Positions 23,845 to 40,300 of a stretch of 64,000 nt of DNA are shown one piece after another; positions within the stretch are counted from its first letter, which is position 1; every line of letters starts with the position of its first letter. Under the pieces are notes generated by a model. The model was not told the origin of the DNA and made no database searches. It worked only from the letters and a program-made list of their open reading frames with translations. The translations under genes were made by a program, and so were the position numbers. This stretch comes from the human T2T-CHM13v2.0 reference genome, Homo sapiens: assembly GCF_009914755.1 (NCBI RefSeq), contig NC_060946.1, one strand, 5' to 3'.

Positions 23845-26800
23845 ACACACCAAAATTGAAACACAAAGAAATACAAAACATGAACAGACCAATAACAAAT
23901 AATGAGAACAAAGCTGTAATAAAAAGTCTCCCAGGAAAGAAAAGCCCCAATATTCTATGGCTTCACTACTGAATTCTAACAAATATTTAAAGAACTAATA
24001 CCAATCCTACTGAAACTATTCCACAAAATACAGATGGGGAGTACTTCCAAACTCATTCTATAACACCAGAATTACCTTTATACCAAAATAAAAGACACTT
24101 TAAAAAAAGAAAACTACAATATCTCCAATTAATATTGATGCAAAAATCCTCAACAAAATGCTAGCAAACCTTTAAGCAATACATTAAAAATGTCATTCTT
24201 CATGATCATGTGTGATTTATCACAAGGATGCAAGAATGGTTGCAAATCAATCCAAATGATACATCACATCAACAAAATGAAGGAAAAGATTATATAATCA
24301 TTTAAATTAAGACATTTTAAAAAAGCATTTGATAAAATTCAACATCCCATCATGATTAAAAACCCTCAGAAACCTGGGTAGAGAAAGAATATTATTAACA
24401 TAATGAAAGCCATATATGACATACCCACAGCTAGTATCATACTGACAAGGGAAACACTGAAATCCCCTTCTCTAAGATCTGGAGCATGACCAGGATGCCC
24501 ACTTTCACCACTGTTATTCTCCATAGTACTGGAAGTCCTAGCAAAAGCAATCAGACAAGAGAGAGAAATAAAGGGCATCTAAAGGGAAGAAGACAAATTG
24601 TCTTTGTTTTGCAGATGATATAATCTTATATTTGTAAAAAACCTGAAGACTCCACAAAAACTACTAGAACTGATAAATTCAGTAGAGTTTCAGGATACAA
24701 ATCAATATATAAAAATCAGTAGATTTTTTTTTTTTTTTTTGAGACAGAGTCTCACTTTGTCACCCAGGCTGGAGTGCAGTGATGCAATCTTGGCTCACTG
24801 CAAGCTCCGCCTCCTGGGTTCACACCATTCTCCTGCCTCAGCCTCCCGAGGGGCTGGGGCTACAGGCACCCACCATCACGCCTGGCTAACTTTTTTTGTA
24901 TTTTTAGTAGAGACGGGGTTTCATCGTGTTAGCCAGTATGGTCTCGATCTCCTGACCTCGTGATCTGCCCACCTCACCTTCCCAAAGTCCTGGGAATACA
25001 GGCATGAGCCACCGCGCCCGGCAGGAATCAGTAACATTTCTATATGCCAAGAGTGAACAATCTGAAAAAGAATTTAAAAAGAAATACCATTTATCATAGC
25101 CACAAATAGAACTAAATACATAGAAATTAACCAAAGAAGTAAAGGATTTCTACAACAAAAACTGTAACACAATCATAAGATAAATTGAAGACACAAAAAT
25201 TGAAAGATATTCCATGTTCATGGATTGATAGTGTTAGTATGTTAAAATGTCTATGTTACCCAAAGCAATTCACAGATTAAATGCAGGAATCACATTAACT
25301 GACTTCAAATTATATTACAAAGCTATAGTAACTGTAGCAGCCTGGTACTGGCATAAAAATAGACACATAAACCAATGGAATTGAACAGATAACCCAGAAA
25401 AAAATTTTATACATTTTCACTGAACTCATTTCCAACAAAGGTGCCAAGAACTTAAATTAGGGAAAAGACAATCTCTTCAATAAATCATGCTTGGAAACTG
25501 GATATCTACATGCAAAAGAATGAAATTATAACCCCAACTCTTGCCATATACAAAAGTCGAATCAAAATGGATTAAATACTTAAATCTAAGACCTCGAATT
25601 AAAAAACTACTGCAAGAAAACATTGGGGAAAGTCTCTCCAGGTCTTGGCAAAAATGTCTTGAGTAATACCCCACAAGCACAGGCAACCAAAGCAAATATG
25701 GACAAATGAAGTTACATCAAGTTAAAAATCTTCTGTATGTCAAAGGAAATGATCAATAAATTGAGGAGACAACCCACAGAATAGGAGAACATATTTGCAA
25801 ACTATTCACCTGACAAAAGATTAATAACTAGAACAGATAAGCAGCTCAAACTACTGTATAGGAAAAAAATCTAGTAATCTGATCTTTACAATGGGCAAAA
25901 TATTTCAATAAACATTTCTTAAAAGAAGGCATATGAATTGCAAGCAGTTATATTATCAGAAACATGCAAATCAAAACTACAATGAGATATCATCTTATCC
26001 CAGTTAAAATGAATTTTGTCCAAAAGTCAGGCAACAGCAAATGCTAGTGAGAATGTGGAGAAATGGGAAGCCTGGTACACTGTTGGTGGAAATGTAAATT
26101 AGTACAACCACTATGGAAAACAGCTTGGAGGTTCCTCATAAAACTAAACTAGAGCTTCAATATAATCCAGCAATTTCACTGCTAAGTATATACTAACAAG
26201 AAAGGAACTCAGTATGTTGAAGAGATGTCTACATTCCCATGTTTGTTGCAGCATTGTTGAAAATAGCCAAGATTTGGAAGCAACGTAAGTGTCAATCAAC
26301 AGAAGAATGGATAAAGAAAATGTAGTATGTATACACAGTGGAGCCAGAAAAAAAGAATGAGATTTTGTCATTTTTAACAACATGGATGAGGGTAATTATG
26401 TTAAATGAAATAAGCCAGGCACAGAAAGACAAACTTTGCATGTTCTCATTTATTTATGGGCGCTAAGGATCCCATTGAGTTGAATTCAGTGGAGATAGAG
26501 AGTAGAAGGATGGTTACCAGAGGCTGAGAAGCATACTAGGGGGGCAGTTTGGTAGGGCCATGGAGGGAAGTGAAGATGGCTAATGGGTACAAGAAATAGT
26601 TAAAAAGAATGAATAAGAGGTAGAGGTACTATTTGATTGCACAACAGGGTATTTGTGCTGATAGCACAACAGTAATATTTGTACTGATAACACAGTTTGT
26701 ACTGGTAGCACAACAGTAGTACTTGATACCACAACACTGCAATTGTCAATAATTGACAATTATTATAATCAATAATAATTTAGTTGTACCTTTTAAAATA

Positions 26801-26968
26801 ACTGAAATCATATAATTCAATTTTTGTAATACAGAGTAAATGCTTGAGGAGATGGATACCCCATTTACCATGCTGTGATTGTTACATGTTGCATGCCTCT
26901 ATCAAAGTATCTCATATACCCCATTTATACACACAAGTACTGTATACCCACAAAAAATAAAAATAAAT
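23845..26968 (+). mobile_element. 5'-truncated, decayed L1MA-like element (ORF2 remnant and 3' UTR)
   Basis: ORF2-like A-rich sequence (gatgcaaaaatcctcaacaaaat, caggatgcccactttcacca, tgcagatgatat); 3' end gatggataccccatttacc...cccacaaaaaataaaaataaa; no intact ORF. Confidence 0.88.
24724..25023 (-). mobile_element. AluY inserted in the L1
   Basis: gcaagctccgcctcc, cacaccattctcc diagnostics; aatcagta on both sides. Confidence 0.9.
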
Positions 26969-28440
26969 GTGATATAATAATCAGGTATGGTTTTGCTGGG
27001 GTATATATTACATTGTTGTATTTTGCCTAGTCTATAGGATTAGGGGGAATAGCTGTGGTAAATTCCCACAGAGGCAGTTGCAAAACTCCCTACACTTCTC
27101 TCTCCCATTTGCACTTTAGTTTGTTAAAATCTGCTAAAGCTGTTTCTAATTCACTATTTTGTAGCACTCTTTGGCTTTGTTTTGGAGGACTAGTAAATCA
27201 GTTAGCTGATATTGGTTTGAAAACCCTGAATCATAGGTCTTAAGCATTATTTGGAATTCCTTGGCAAACATAAGGTGTCTTGAGTCAGATCAGGAAATCC
27301 AAACATCAGAGCATTTAATTCTGACTTGGTGTAAGGTGTATATCTTATGTTTGAACCCACTCTTCCTGTGGGTTTTGTTTTAAAAGAAATGACTACTATT
27401 TTGTCTTCTCCTGTAGCTATTTCTGGACCCTTTGTGGTTTAAGAAGGAATACAGGGAGGAGAAAGAGAAAAAAAATGAAATCATCCAGGCAAGGAAGTTT
27501 AGAAAGCAGAGGTTTAGAAGAAAAAGAAGAGACAGTTTCTCGCAGTTTCCTGATTTTAGAAGCTGATTTTGCTACATTTCTTTAATTCTGAGGTAGTTTT
27601 GTAGTTACCTTTCTGGAAAGAAATAAATTTATCATTTCTAATTTAAGATGTTTTTAGGTGCCAGCTAAAATACAACCCTCATTTATTTTACTTGATGCAG
27701 AAGCCTAACTTCTCTAATTTAGCATATGAGAAGACCAGTTTGGGAATATTTAAAGTTCTTCGCTTTGGGAACCTTAGATGTTGGTCGTCCTTAGTAAAAT
27801 CCTCCCTTTACATAAATGTTTGCAAGAAGAGGTGCTATAATTATCACACATAAAACCAGCAGGGGTGCCCAAAGGGGGACAATCTCCTTCCCTGTCCTCG
27901 ATTTTAGAGATATTTTTTCTCACTTTTCTTTAAAAGGAGTAGTTGAACAACATATATATTGTATATAAAATATATAATATATATTACATATAATTTATAA
28001 CATAGACATATAATATTTATTTAATATATGTATTATACATACAATGTATTATATATAAAATATATAATATATATTATATGTCATAAAATATATAATTATA
28101 TGCCATATTGTATATATACAATTAAATATTATTACATATTATTTTATATTATATATAACACAGAAATAATATATGTATTATATATAACGTATATTAAATA
28201 TTTAATACGTATATTAACCTTATAATATAGTCTATATATGATATATAATATATATGTCATAAAATAAAATATATATTATATGTCATATTGTATAAATATA
28301 ATACTTATATATTATCAATTATTATATTACATATAATATATATAATATAAGATGCAGGATGTAAAACAATATTATATATATGTTATATATATTATATATA
28401 TGATACTATATATTATTATATATATAATATATATATATAT

Positions 28441-29003
28441 GTGGGTGCCCTATTTCACATCTCATAACTTATTTTAAGAAGCGCAGCATAATAATGTGTG
28501 GGCTTGGGATTCAGTTTTTGAAACAAAACACTGAGCCTTCAATGACCTTTCGGTCTCTGTAAAAGCACTCCTGTCTTCCTGGCGGCAGTTGGACCTCACA
28601 ATGTGGATTGTGCCCTCACCCTGCAATGTTGATGCCCTATCGCCATGGTGACGGGATTAGGGATCTCCTGCTCTTGGTCCTAAGGGCCACTGTCTGTGCT
28701 GTGTTTTTCAAAGGTCAGAAGAGATTGAACCTTTGCAGTTTTATTTTCCCTGAGTTTGATTTTTCTCATGGGGAACCTGTGTTGCTGCATTGAAGGTATA
28801 TTCATACTGGCCTTTCAAATGCGAACTCTTCAAATTACTAGTTAATGCTTTCAAAATATGTTATTTAAAAAATTATCCTCGGTATTTTCCATATGCAGTT
28901 ATAAATATGTTTCATGGTTATGATTTATTCCTCAGTTTATATATTTGATTATTGTACCAAGCAGAGTACTTTTAAAATTTTTTTTCATTTAAAAAATTTG
29001 TAT
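28441..29003 (+). repeat. HSATI-like core of first unit (repeated in every unit)
   Basis: gtgggtgccctattt...gccatggtgacgggattagggatctcc... Confidence 0.8.
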
Positions 29004-29005
29004 CT

Positions 29006-30982
<1,977 letters not shown>

Positions 30983-31673
30983 GTGGGTGCCCTATTTCCC
31001 ATCTCATAACTTATTTTAAGAAGCGCAGCATAATAATGTGTGGGCTTGGGATTCAGTTTTTGAAACAAAACACTGAGCCTTCAATGACCTTTCAGTCTGT
31101 GTAAAAGCATTCCAGTATTCGTGGCAGCAGTTGGACTTCACAATGTGGATTGTGCCCTCACCCGGCAATGTTGATGCCCTATCGCCATGGTGACGGGATT
31201 AGGGATCTCCTGCTCTTGGTCCTAAGGGCCACTGTCTGTGCTGTGTTTTTCAAAGGTCAGAACAGATTGAACCTTTGTGGTTTTATTTTCCCTGAGTTTC
31301 ATTATTCTCATGGGGAACCTGTGTTGCTGCATTGAAAGTATATTCATACTGGCCTTTCAAATGTGAACTCTTCAAATTACTAGTTAATGCTTTCAAAATA
31401 TGTTATTTAAAAAATTATCCTCTGTATTTTCCATATGTAGTTATAAATATGTTTCTTGGTTATGTTTTATTCCTCAGTTTATATATTTGATTATTGTACC
31501 AAGCAGAGAACCTTTGAAATTTTTTTCATTTAAAAAATATGTATCTTGGCTCAGGCCTGTAATCCCAGCACTTTTGGAGGCCAAGGCAAGAGGATCACAA
31601 GGTGAACAGATCAAGACCATCCTGGCCAATACAGTGAAACATTGTCACTACAAAAAATCCAAAAAATTAGCTA

Positions 31674-31838
<165 letters not shown>

Positions 31839-34209
31839 TTATATATGATATATATTATATGTTATGGAATATGCTTTATATGTAATATATAACATCATAT
31901 ATATTATATGTCATAATATAAAATATATATCCTATGTCATATTATATATATTATATATATTACATAACATATATAATATATAATACATATTATACATCTT
32001 ATATATGAAAATATGTAATTATAGATAACATAACACATAGTTATATATAAGATACATAACATATATACTATATCATATATGATATATAATACATATATTT
32101 TTATTACATATTATAATTTATATATAATATAATTTATATAATGATATAATTATTCATATAATATAAATTATTATATATAATTTTATAATTATATATAATA
32201 TGCATAATAGTATATGTAATTACATATTTAAATCGTTATATCTATAATAATATAATTATATATATAATTATATATAATAGACAACATACATATTATATAT
32301 TATATAATCTATATTATACAATATATGATACATAATATATATTATACTAAATATACCATAATATAATATATATTTTAATATTATATATGTAAAATATATT
32401 ATGTCATGTATAATATATATTAAGTAATATAAAATAATATAGTATAGTATATATTATATTATGATATATTATATAAAGTATGTAATAAAATTATATATAA
32501 CATAATATATAGTTATATATGATATATTATATAGTTTTATGTAATATTACATTATATATTTACATAAAATATTATACGGTTATATCTAATTTTAAATAGT
32601 TATATATAATATAACATAAAACATATATAATATTTCTCATATATTATATACCATAAATATTATGGATCACATATTGTATGATTTATATCATATATTATAT
32701 ATCATATATCATATATTATATGTTATATATATCACATACCACATATTGTATATTATAAATTATATACAATGCATGACATACATTACATTATATATAAGAA
32801 ATTATACATTATATGGAACATAGTATATATAATATATAACATATATTGTATATAAATAATATAAAATATAACATATATTACATGTAATTTATAACATAGA
32901 CATATAATATATATTAAATATAAATATTATACATACAATGTATTATATATAATATATATTATATATGTCATAAAATATAATATATATCATATGTCATATT
33001 GTATATATACAATTATATATTGTTACATATTATTTTATATTATATATAACATAGATATCATATATACATTATATGTAATATATATTATATATTTAATACG
33101 AATATTAACCATAAAATATATTCTATATATGATATATAATATACATTATATATGTCATAAAATATATATATTATCTGTCATATTGTATATATACAACTAT
33201 ATATTATTATATATTATTTTATATTGTTAATAACATAGATATAATATGTACATTATAAGTAATATATATTAAATATTTAATACGTATATTAACCATATAA
33301 TATATTCTATATACGATATATAATAAATATTATATATGACATAAAATATAATATATATTTTATGTCTTATTCTATAAATATAATATCTATTATCAATTAT
33401 TATATTACATATAATATATATAATATAAGATGCAGGATATAAAACTATATATATATGTTATATATATTATATATATGATACTATATATTATTATATACAT
33501 AATGTATATATATATTTGTGGGTGCCCAATTTCCCATGTCATAACTTCTTTTAAGAAGCGCAGCATAATAATGTGTGGGCTTGGGATTCAGGTTTTGAAA
33601 CAAAACACTGAGCCTTCAATGACCTTTCAGTCTATGTAAAAGCACTCCTGTCTTCCTGGCAGCTGTTGGACCTCACAATGTGGATTGTGCCCTCACCCTG
33701 CAATGTTGATGCCCTATCGCCATGGTGACGGGATTAGGGATCTCCTGCTCTTGGTCCTAAGGGCCACTGTGTGTGCTGTGTTTTCCAAAGGTCAGAACAG
33801 ATTGAACCTTTGTGGTTTTATTTTCCCTGAGTTTGATTTTTCTCATGGGGAACCTGTGTTGCTGCTTTGAACGTATATTCATACTGGCCTTTCAAATGCC
33901 AACTCTTCAAATTGTTAGTTAATGCTTTCAAAATATGTTATTTAAAAAATTATCCTCTGTATTGTCCATATGCAGTTATAAATATGTTTCATGTTTATGT
34001 TTTATTAGTCAGTTTATATATTTCATGATTGCACCAAGCAGAGGAACTTTGAAATTTTTTTTCATATAAAAAATACGTATGATGGCTCAGGCCTGTAATC
34101 CCAGCAAATTTGGAGGCCAAAGCAAGGGGATCACAAGGTGCAGAGATCAAGACCATCCTGGCCAATACAGTGAAACGCTGTCACTACTAAAAATCCAAAA
34201 AATTAGCTA

Positions 34210-34397
<188 letters not shown>

Positions 34398-37300
34398 TTA
34401 TGGAATATGCTTTATATGAAATATATAACCTCACATATATTACATGTCATAATATATAATATATATACTATGTCATCTTATATATATTATATGTATTACA
34501 TATCGTATATGATATATAATACATATTATAAATCTTATATATGAAAACATATAATTATAGATAATATAACATATAGTTATATATAATATGATATATAACA
34601 TATATACTATATCATGTGTGATATATAATATATTTTTTTATTACATATAATTTATATATAGTATAATATATATAATGATGTAACTATTTATGTAATATAA
34701 ACAATTATATATAATTATATAATTAGGTATAATATAAATAATAATATATATAATTACATATTTATATATCTATATGTATAATAATATAATTATATATATA
34801 AATATATGTATCATATAATAGACAACATACATATTATATAATATATAATATATATTATACAATATATGATACTTAATATATATGATATTTAATATATCAT
34901 ATATTTAATATATCATAATATAATATATATTTTAATGTTATGTCTTATTCTATAAATATAATATCTATTATCAATTATTATATTACATATAATATATATA
35001 ATATAAGATGCAGGATATAAAACAATATTATATATATGTTATATATATTATATATATGATACTATATATTATTATATACATAAAGTATATATATATTTGT
35101 GGGTGCCCAATTTCCCATCTCATAACTTGTTTTAAGAAGCGCAGCATAATAATTTCTGGGCTTGGGATTTAGGTTTTGAAACAAAACACTGAGCCTTCAA
35201 TGACCTTTCGGTCTCTGTAAAAGCACTCCTGTCTTCCTGGCGGCAGTTGGACCTCACAATGTGGATTGTGCCCTCACCCTGAAATGTTGATGCCCTATTG
35301 CCATGGTGACGGGATTAGGGATCTCCTGCTCTTGGTCCTAAGGGCCACTGTCTGTGCTGTGTTTTTCAAAGGTCACAACGGATTGAACCTTTGTGGTTTT
35401 ATTTTCCCTGAGTTTGATTTTTGTCATGGGGAAACTGTGTTGCTGCTTGGAAGGTATATTCATACAGGCCTTTCAAACGCCAACTCTTCAAATTACTAGT
35501 TAATGCTTTCAAAATATGTTATTTAAAAAATTATCCTCTGTATTTTCCATATGCAGTTACAAATAGGTTTCATGGTTATGTTTTATTCCTCAGTTTACAT
35601 ATTTGGTTATTGTACCAAGCAGAGTACCTTTGAAATTTTTTTTCATTTAAAAAATATGTATCTTGGCTCAGGCCTGTAATCCCAGCAAATTTGGAAGCCA
35701 AGGCAAGGGGATCACAAGGTGAAGAGATCAAGACCATCCTGGCCAATACAGTGAAACTCTGTCACTACTAAAAATCCAAAAAATTAGCTAGGCATGGTGG
35801 CACCTGGTGTAGCCCCAGTGTGGTGTAGTCCCAGCTACCTTGGAGGCTGAGGGAGGACAATCACTTGAACCCGTGAGGCAGATGTTGCAGTGAGCAAGAT
35901 GGCGCCATTGTACTCCACCCTGTGCAACAGGACAATAGTCTGTCTGAAAAAAAATTATATATGATATTTATTATATGTTATGGAATATGCTTTATATGAA
36001 ATATATAACCTCACACATATTACATGTCATAATATATAATATATATCCTATGTCATCTTATATATATTATATGTATTACATATCGTATATGATATATAAT
36101 ACATATTATAAATCTTATATATGAAAACATATAATTATAGATAATATAACATATAGTTATACATAATATGATATATAACATATATACTATATCATGTGTG
36201 ATATATAATATATTTTTTTATTACATATAATTTATATATAGTATAATATATATAATGATGTAACTATTTATGTAATATAAACAATTATATATAATTATAT
36301 AATTAGGTATAATATAAATAATAATATATATAATTACATATTTATATATCTATATGTATAATAATATAATTATATATATAAATATATGTATCATATAATA
36401 GACAACATACATATTATATAATATATAATATATATTATACAATATATGATACTAATATATATGATATTTAATATATCATATATTTAATATATCATAATAT
36501 AATATATATTTTAATGTTATGTCTTATTCTATAAATATAATATCTATTATCAATTATTATATTACATATAATATATATAATATAAGATGCAGGATATAAA
36601 ACAATATTATATATATGTTATATATATTATATATATGATACTATATATTATTATATACATAAAGTATATATATATTTGTGGGTGCCCAATTTCCCATCTC
36701 ATAACTTGTTTTAAGAAGCGCAGCATAATAATTTGTGGGCTTGGGGTTTAGGTTTTGAAACAAAACACTGAGCCTTCAATGACCTTTCGGTCTCTGTAAA
36801 AGCACTCCTGTCTTCCTGGCGGCAGTTGGACCTCACAATGTGGATTGTGCCCTCACCCTAAAATGTTGATGCCCTATTGCCATGGTGACGGGATTAGGGA
36901 TCTCCTGCTCTTGGTCCTAAGGGCCACTGTCTGTGCTGTGTTTTTCAATCAGAACGGATTGAACCTTTGTGGTTTTATATTCCCTGAGTTTGATTTTTCT
37001 CATGGGGAACCTGTGTTGCTGCTTGGAAGGTATATTCATACAGGCCTTTCAAACGCCAACTCTTCAAATTACTAGTTAATGCTTTCAAAATATGTTATTT
37101 AAAAAATTATCCTCAGTATTGTCCATATGCAGTTACAAATAGGTTTCATGGTTATGTTTTATTCCTCAGTTTACATATTTGGTTATTGTACCAAGCAGAG
37201 TACTTTTGAAATTTTTTTTCATTTAAAAAATATGTATCTTGGCTCAGGCCTGTAATCCCAGCAAATTTGGAAGCCAAGGCAAGGGGATCACAAGGTGAAG

Positions 37301-40300
37301 AGATCAAGACCATCCTGGCCAATACAGTGAAACGCTGTCACTACTAAAAATCCAAACAATTAGCTAGGCATGGTGGCAGCTGGTGTAGTCCCAGTGTGGT
37401 GTAGTCCCAGCTACCTGGGATGCTGAGGGAGGACAAGCGCTTGAACCCGTGAGGCAGATGTTGCAGTGAGCAAAGATGGCGCCATTGTACTCCACCCTGT
37501 GCAACAGGACAAGACTCTGTCTGAAAAAAATTATATATGATATATAGTATATGTTATGGAATATGCTTTATATGTAATATATAACCTCATATATAATATA
37601 TGTCATAATATATAATATTTATCCTATGTCATCTTATATGTATTATGTATACTGCATAAAGTATATAATATACAATACATATTATACAGCTTATATATGA
37701 AAATATATAATTACAGATATCATAACTTATAATTATATATAATATTATATATATCATATATACTATATCATATGTGATATATAATATATATATTTTTTAT
37801 TACATATTATAATTTATATATATTATACTTTATGTAATGATATAATTATTTATATAATATAAATGGTTATATTTAATTAGATAATAAGGTATAATATAAA
37901 CAATAATATATATGATTACATATGTATATAGTTATATGTATAAAAATATACTTATATATATAATTATATATATCATATAATAGACAATGTACATATTATA
38001 TAAGGTATAATATATATTATACAATAGATGATACATAATGTATGATATTTAATATATCATAATATAATATATATTTTAATATTATGTATGTAACATATAT
38101 TATGTGATATATAATATACATTATGTAATATAAAGTAATATACTGTAATATATATTATATTATGATATACAATGTAAAGTATGTAATAACATTATAAGTA
38201 ACATAATATATACTTATGTATAATATATCATATAGTTATATATGTTATATTATATATGTACATATAATAATATACAGTTATATATAATTTGAAATAGTTA
38301 TATATTATATAATATAAAACATATATAATATATATCATAAAATATATATTGTATACCATATATTATGTATCATATATTGTATGTTATATAACATATATTG
38401 TATATCGTATATCATATATTATATGTTATATATATCACATTCCACATGTTGTATATTATAAATTATATATAATATATGACATACATTATATTATATATAA
38501 TAAATAATACATTATATGTAACATAGTACATATTATAATTAACTTGTATATTATATGTAAAATATATAACATATAACATACATTACATGTAATTAATAAC
38601 ATAGACATATAATATATATTTTATATATGTATTATACATACAACGTATTATATATATAATATATAATATACATTACATATATGTCATAAAATAGAGTATA
38701 TATTACATGTCATATTTTACATGTACGATTATATATTATTACATGAAATTTTATATAATATATAACATAGATATTATATATATTGTATATAGTGTGTATT
38801 ATATATAACATAGATATAATATATATAACATACGTAATGTATATTATATATTTATTACGTATATTAACCATATAATATATTCTGTATATGATATATAATA
38901 CATATTATATATGTCATAAAATATAATACATAGTATGTGTCGTATTGTATAAATATTATAATTATCAATTATCCATTATTATGTTACCTATGATATATCT
39001 AATATAAGATACAGGATGTAAAACAATATTATATATATGTTGTATATATTATATATACGATACTATATATTATTATATACATAATGTATATATATATTTG
39101 TGGGTGACCTATTTCCCATCTCATAACTCGTTTTAAGAAGCGCAGCATAATAATGTTTGGGCTTGGGATTCAGGTTTTGAAACAAAACACTGAGCCTTCA
39201 ATGACTTTCGGTCTCTGTAAAAGCACTCCTGTCTTCCTGGCAGCTGTTGGACCTCACAATGTGGATTGTGCCCTCACCCTGCAATGTTGATGCCCTATCG
39301 CCATGGTGACGGGATTAGGGATCTCCTGCTCTTGGTCCTAAGGGCCACTGTCTGTGCTGTGTTTTTCAAAGGTCAGAACAGAATGAACCTTTGTGGTTTT
39401 ATTTTCCCTCAGTTTGATTTTTATCATGGGGAACCTGTGTTGCTGCTTTGAAGGTATATTCATACTGGCCTTTGAAATGCCAACTCTTAAAATTACTAGT
39501 TAATGCTTTCAAAATATGTTATTTAAAATATTATCCTCTGTATTTTCCATATACAGTTATAAATATGTTTCATGGTTACGTTTTATCCCTCAGTTTATAT
39601 ATTTGATTATTGTACCAAGCAGAGTACCTTTGAAATGTTTTTTCATTTAAAAAGTATGTATCTTGGCTCAGGCCTGTAATCCCAGCAAATTTGGAGGCCA
39701 AGGCAAGGGGATCACAAGGTGAAGAGATCAAGACCATCCTGGCCAATACAGTGAAAAGCTGTCACTACTAAAAATCCAAAAAATTATCTAGGCATGGTGG
39801 GAGCTGGTGTAGTCCCAGTGTGGTGTAGTCCCAGCTACCTGGGAGGCTGAGGGAGGACGACCGCTTGAACCCGTGAGGCAGATGTTGCAGTGAGCCAAGA
39901 TGGCGCCATTGGACTCCACCCTGTGCAACAGGACAAGACCCTGTCTGAAAAAAAATTATATCTGATATATACTATACGTTACGGAATATGCTTTATATGA
40001 AATATATAACCTCATATATGTTATATGTGATAATATATAATATTTATCCTATGTCATCTTATATATATTATGTATATTGCATAAAGTATATAATATATAA
40101 TACATATTATACATTTTATATATGAAAATATAGAATTATAGATAACATAACATATAGTTATATATAAAATGATATATAACATATATACTATTGCATCTGT
40201 GATATATAATATATATATTTTTATTACGTATTATAATTTATATCATTATAATTTTTATACTGATATAATTATTTATATAATATAAATGATTATATTTAAT

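Noticed and set aside
23845-26400. L1 ORF2 as a functional reverse transcriptase
   Set aside because: Truncated, frameshifted and Alu-interrupted; no long sense ORF.
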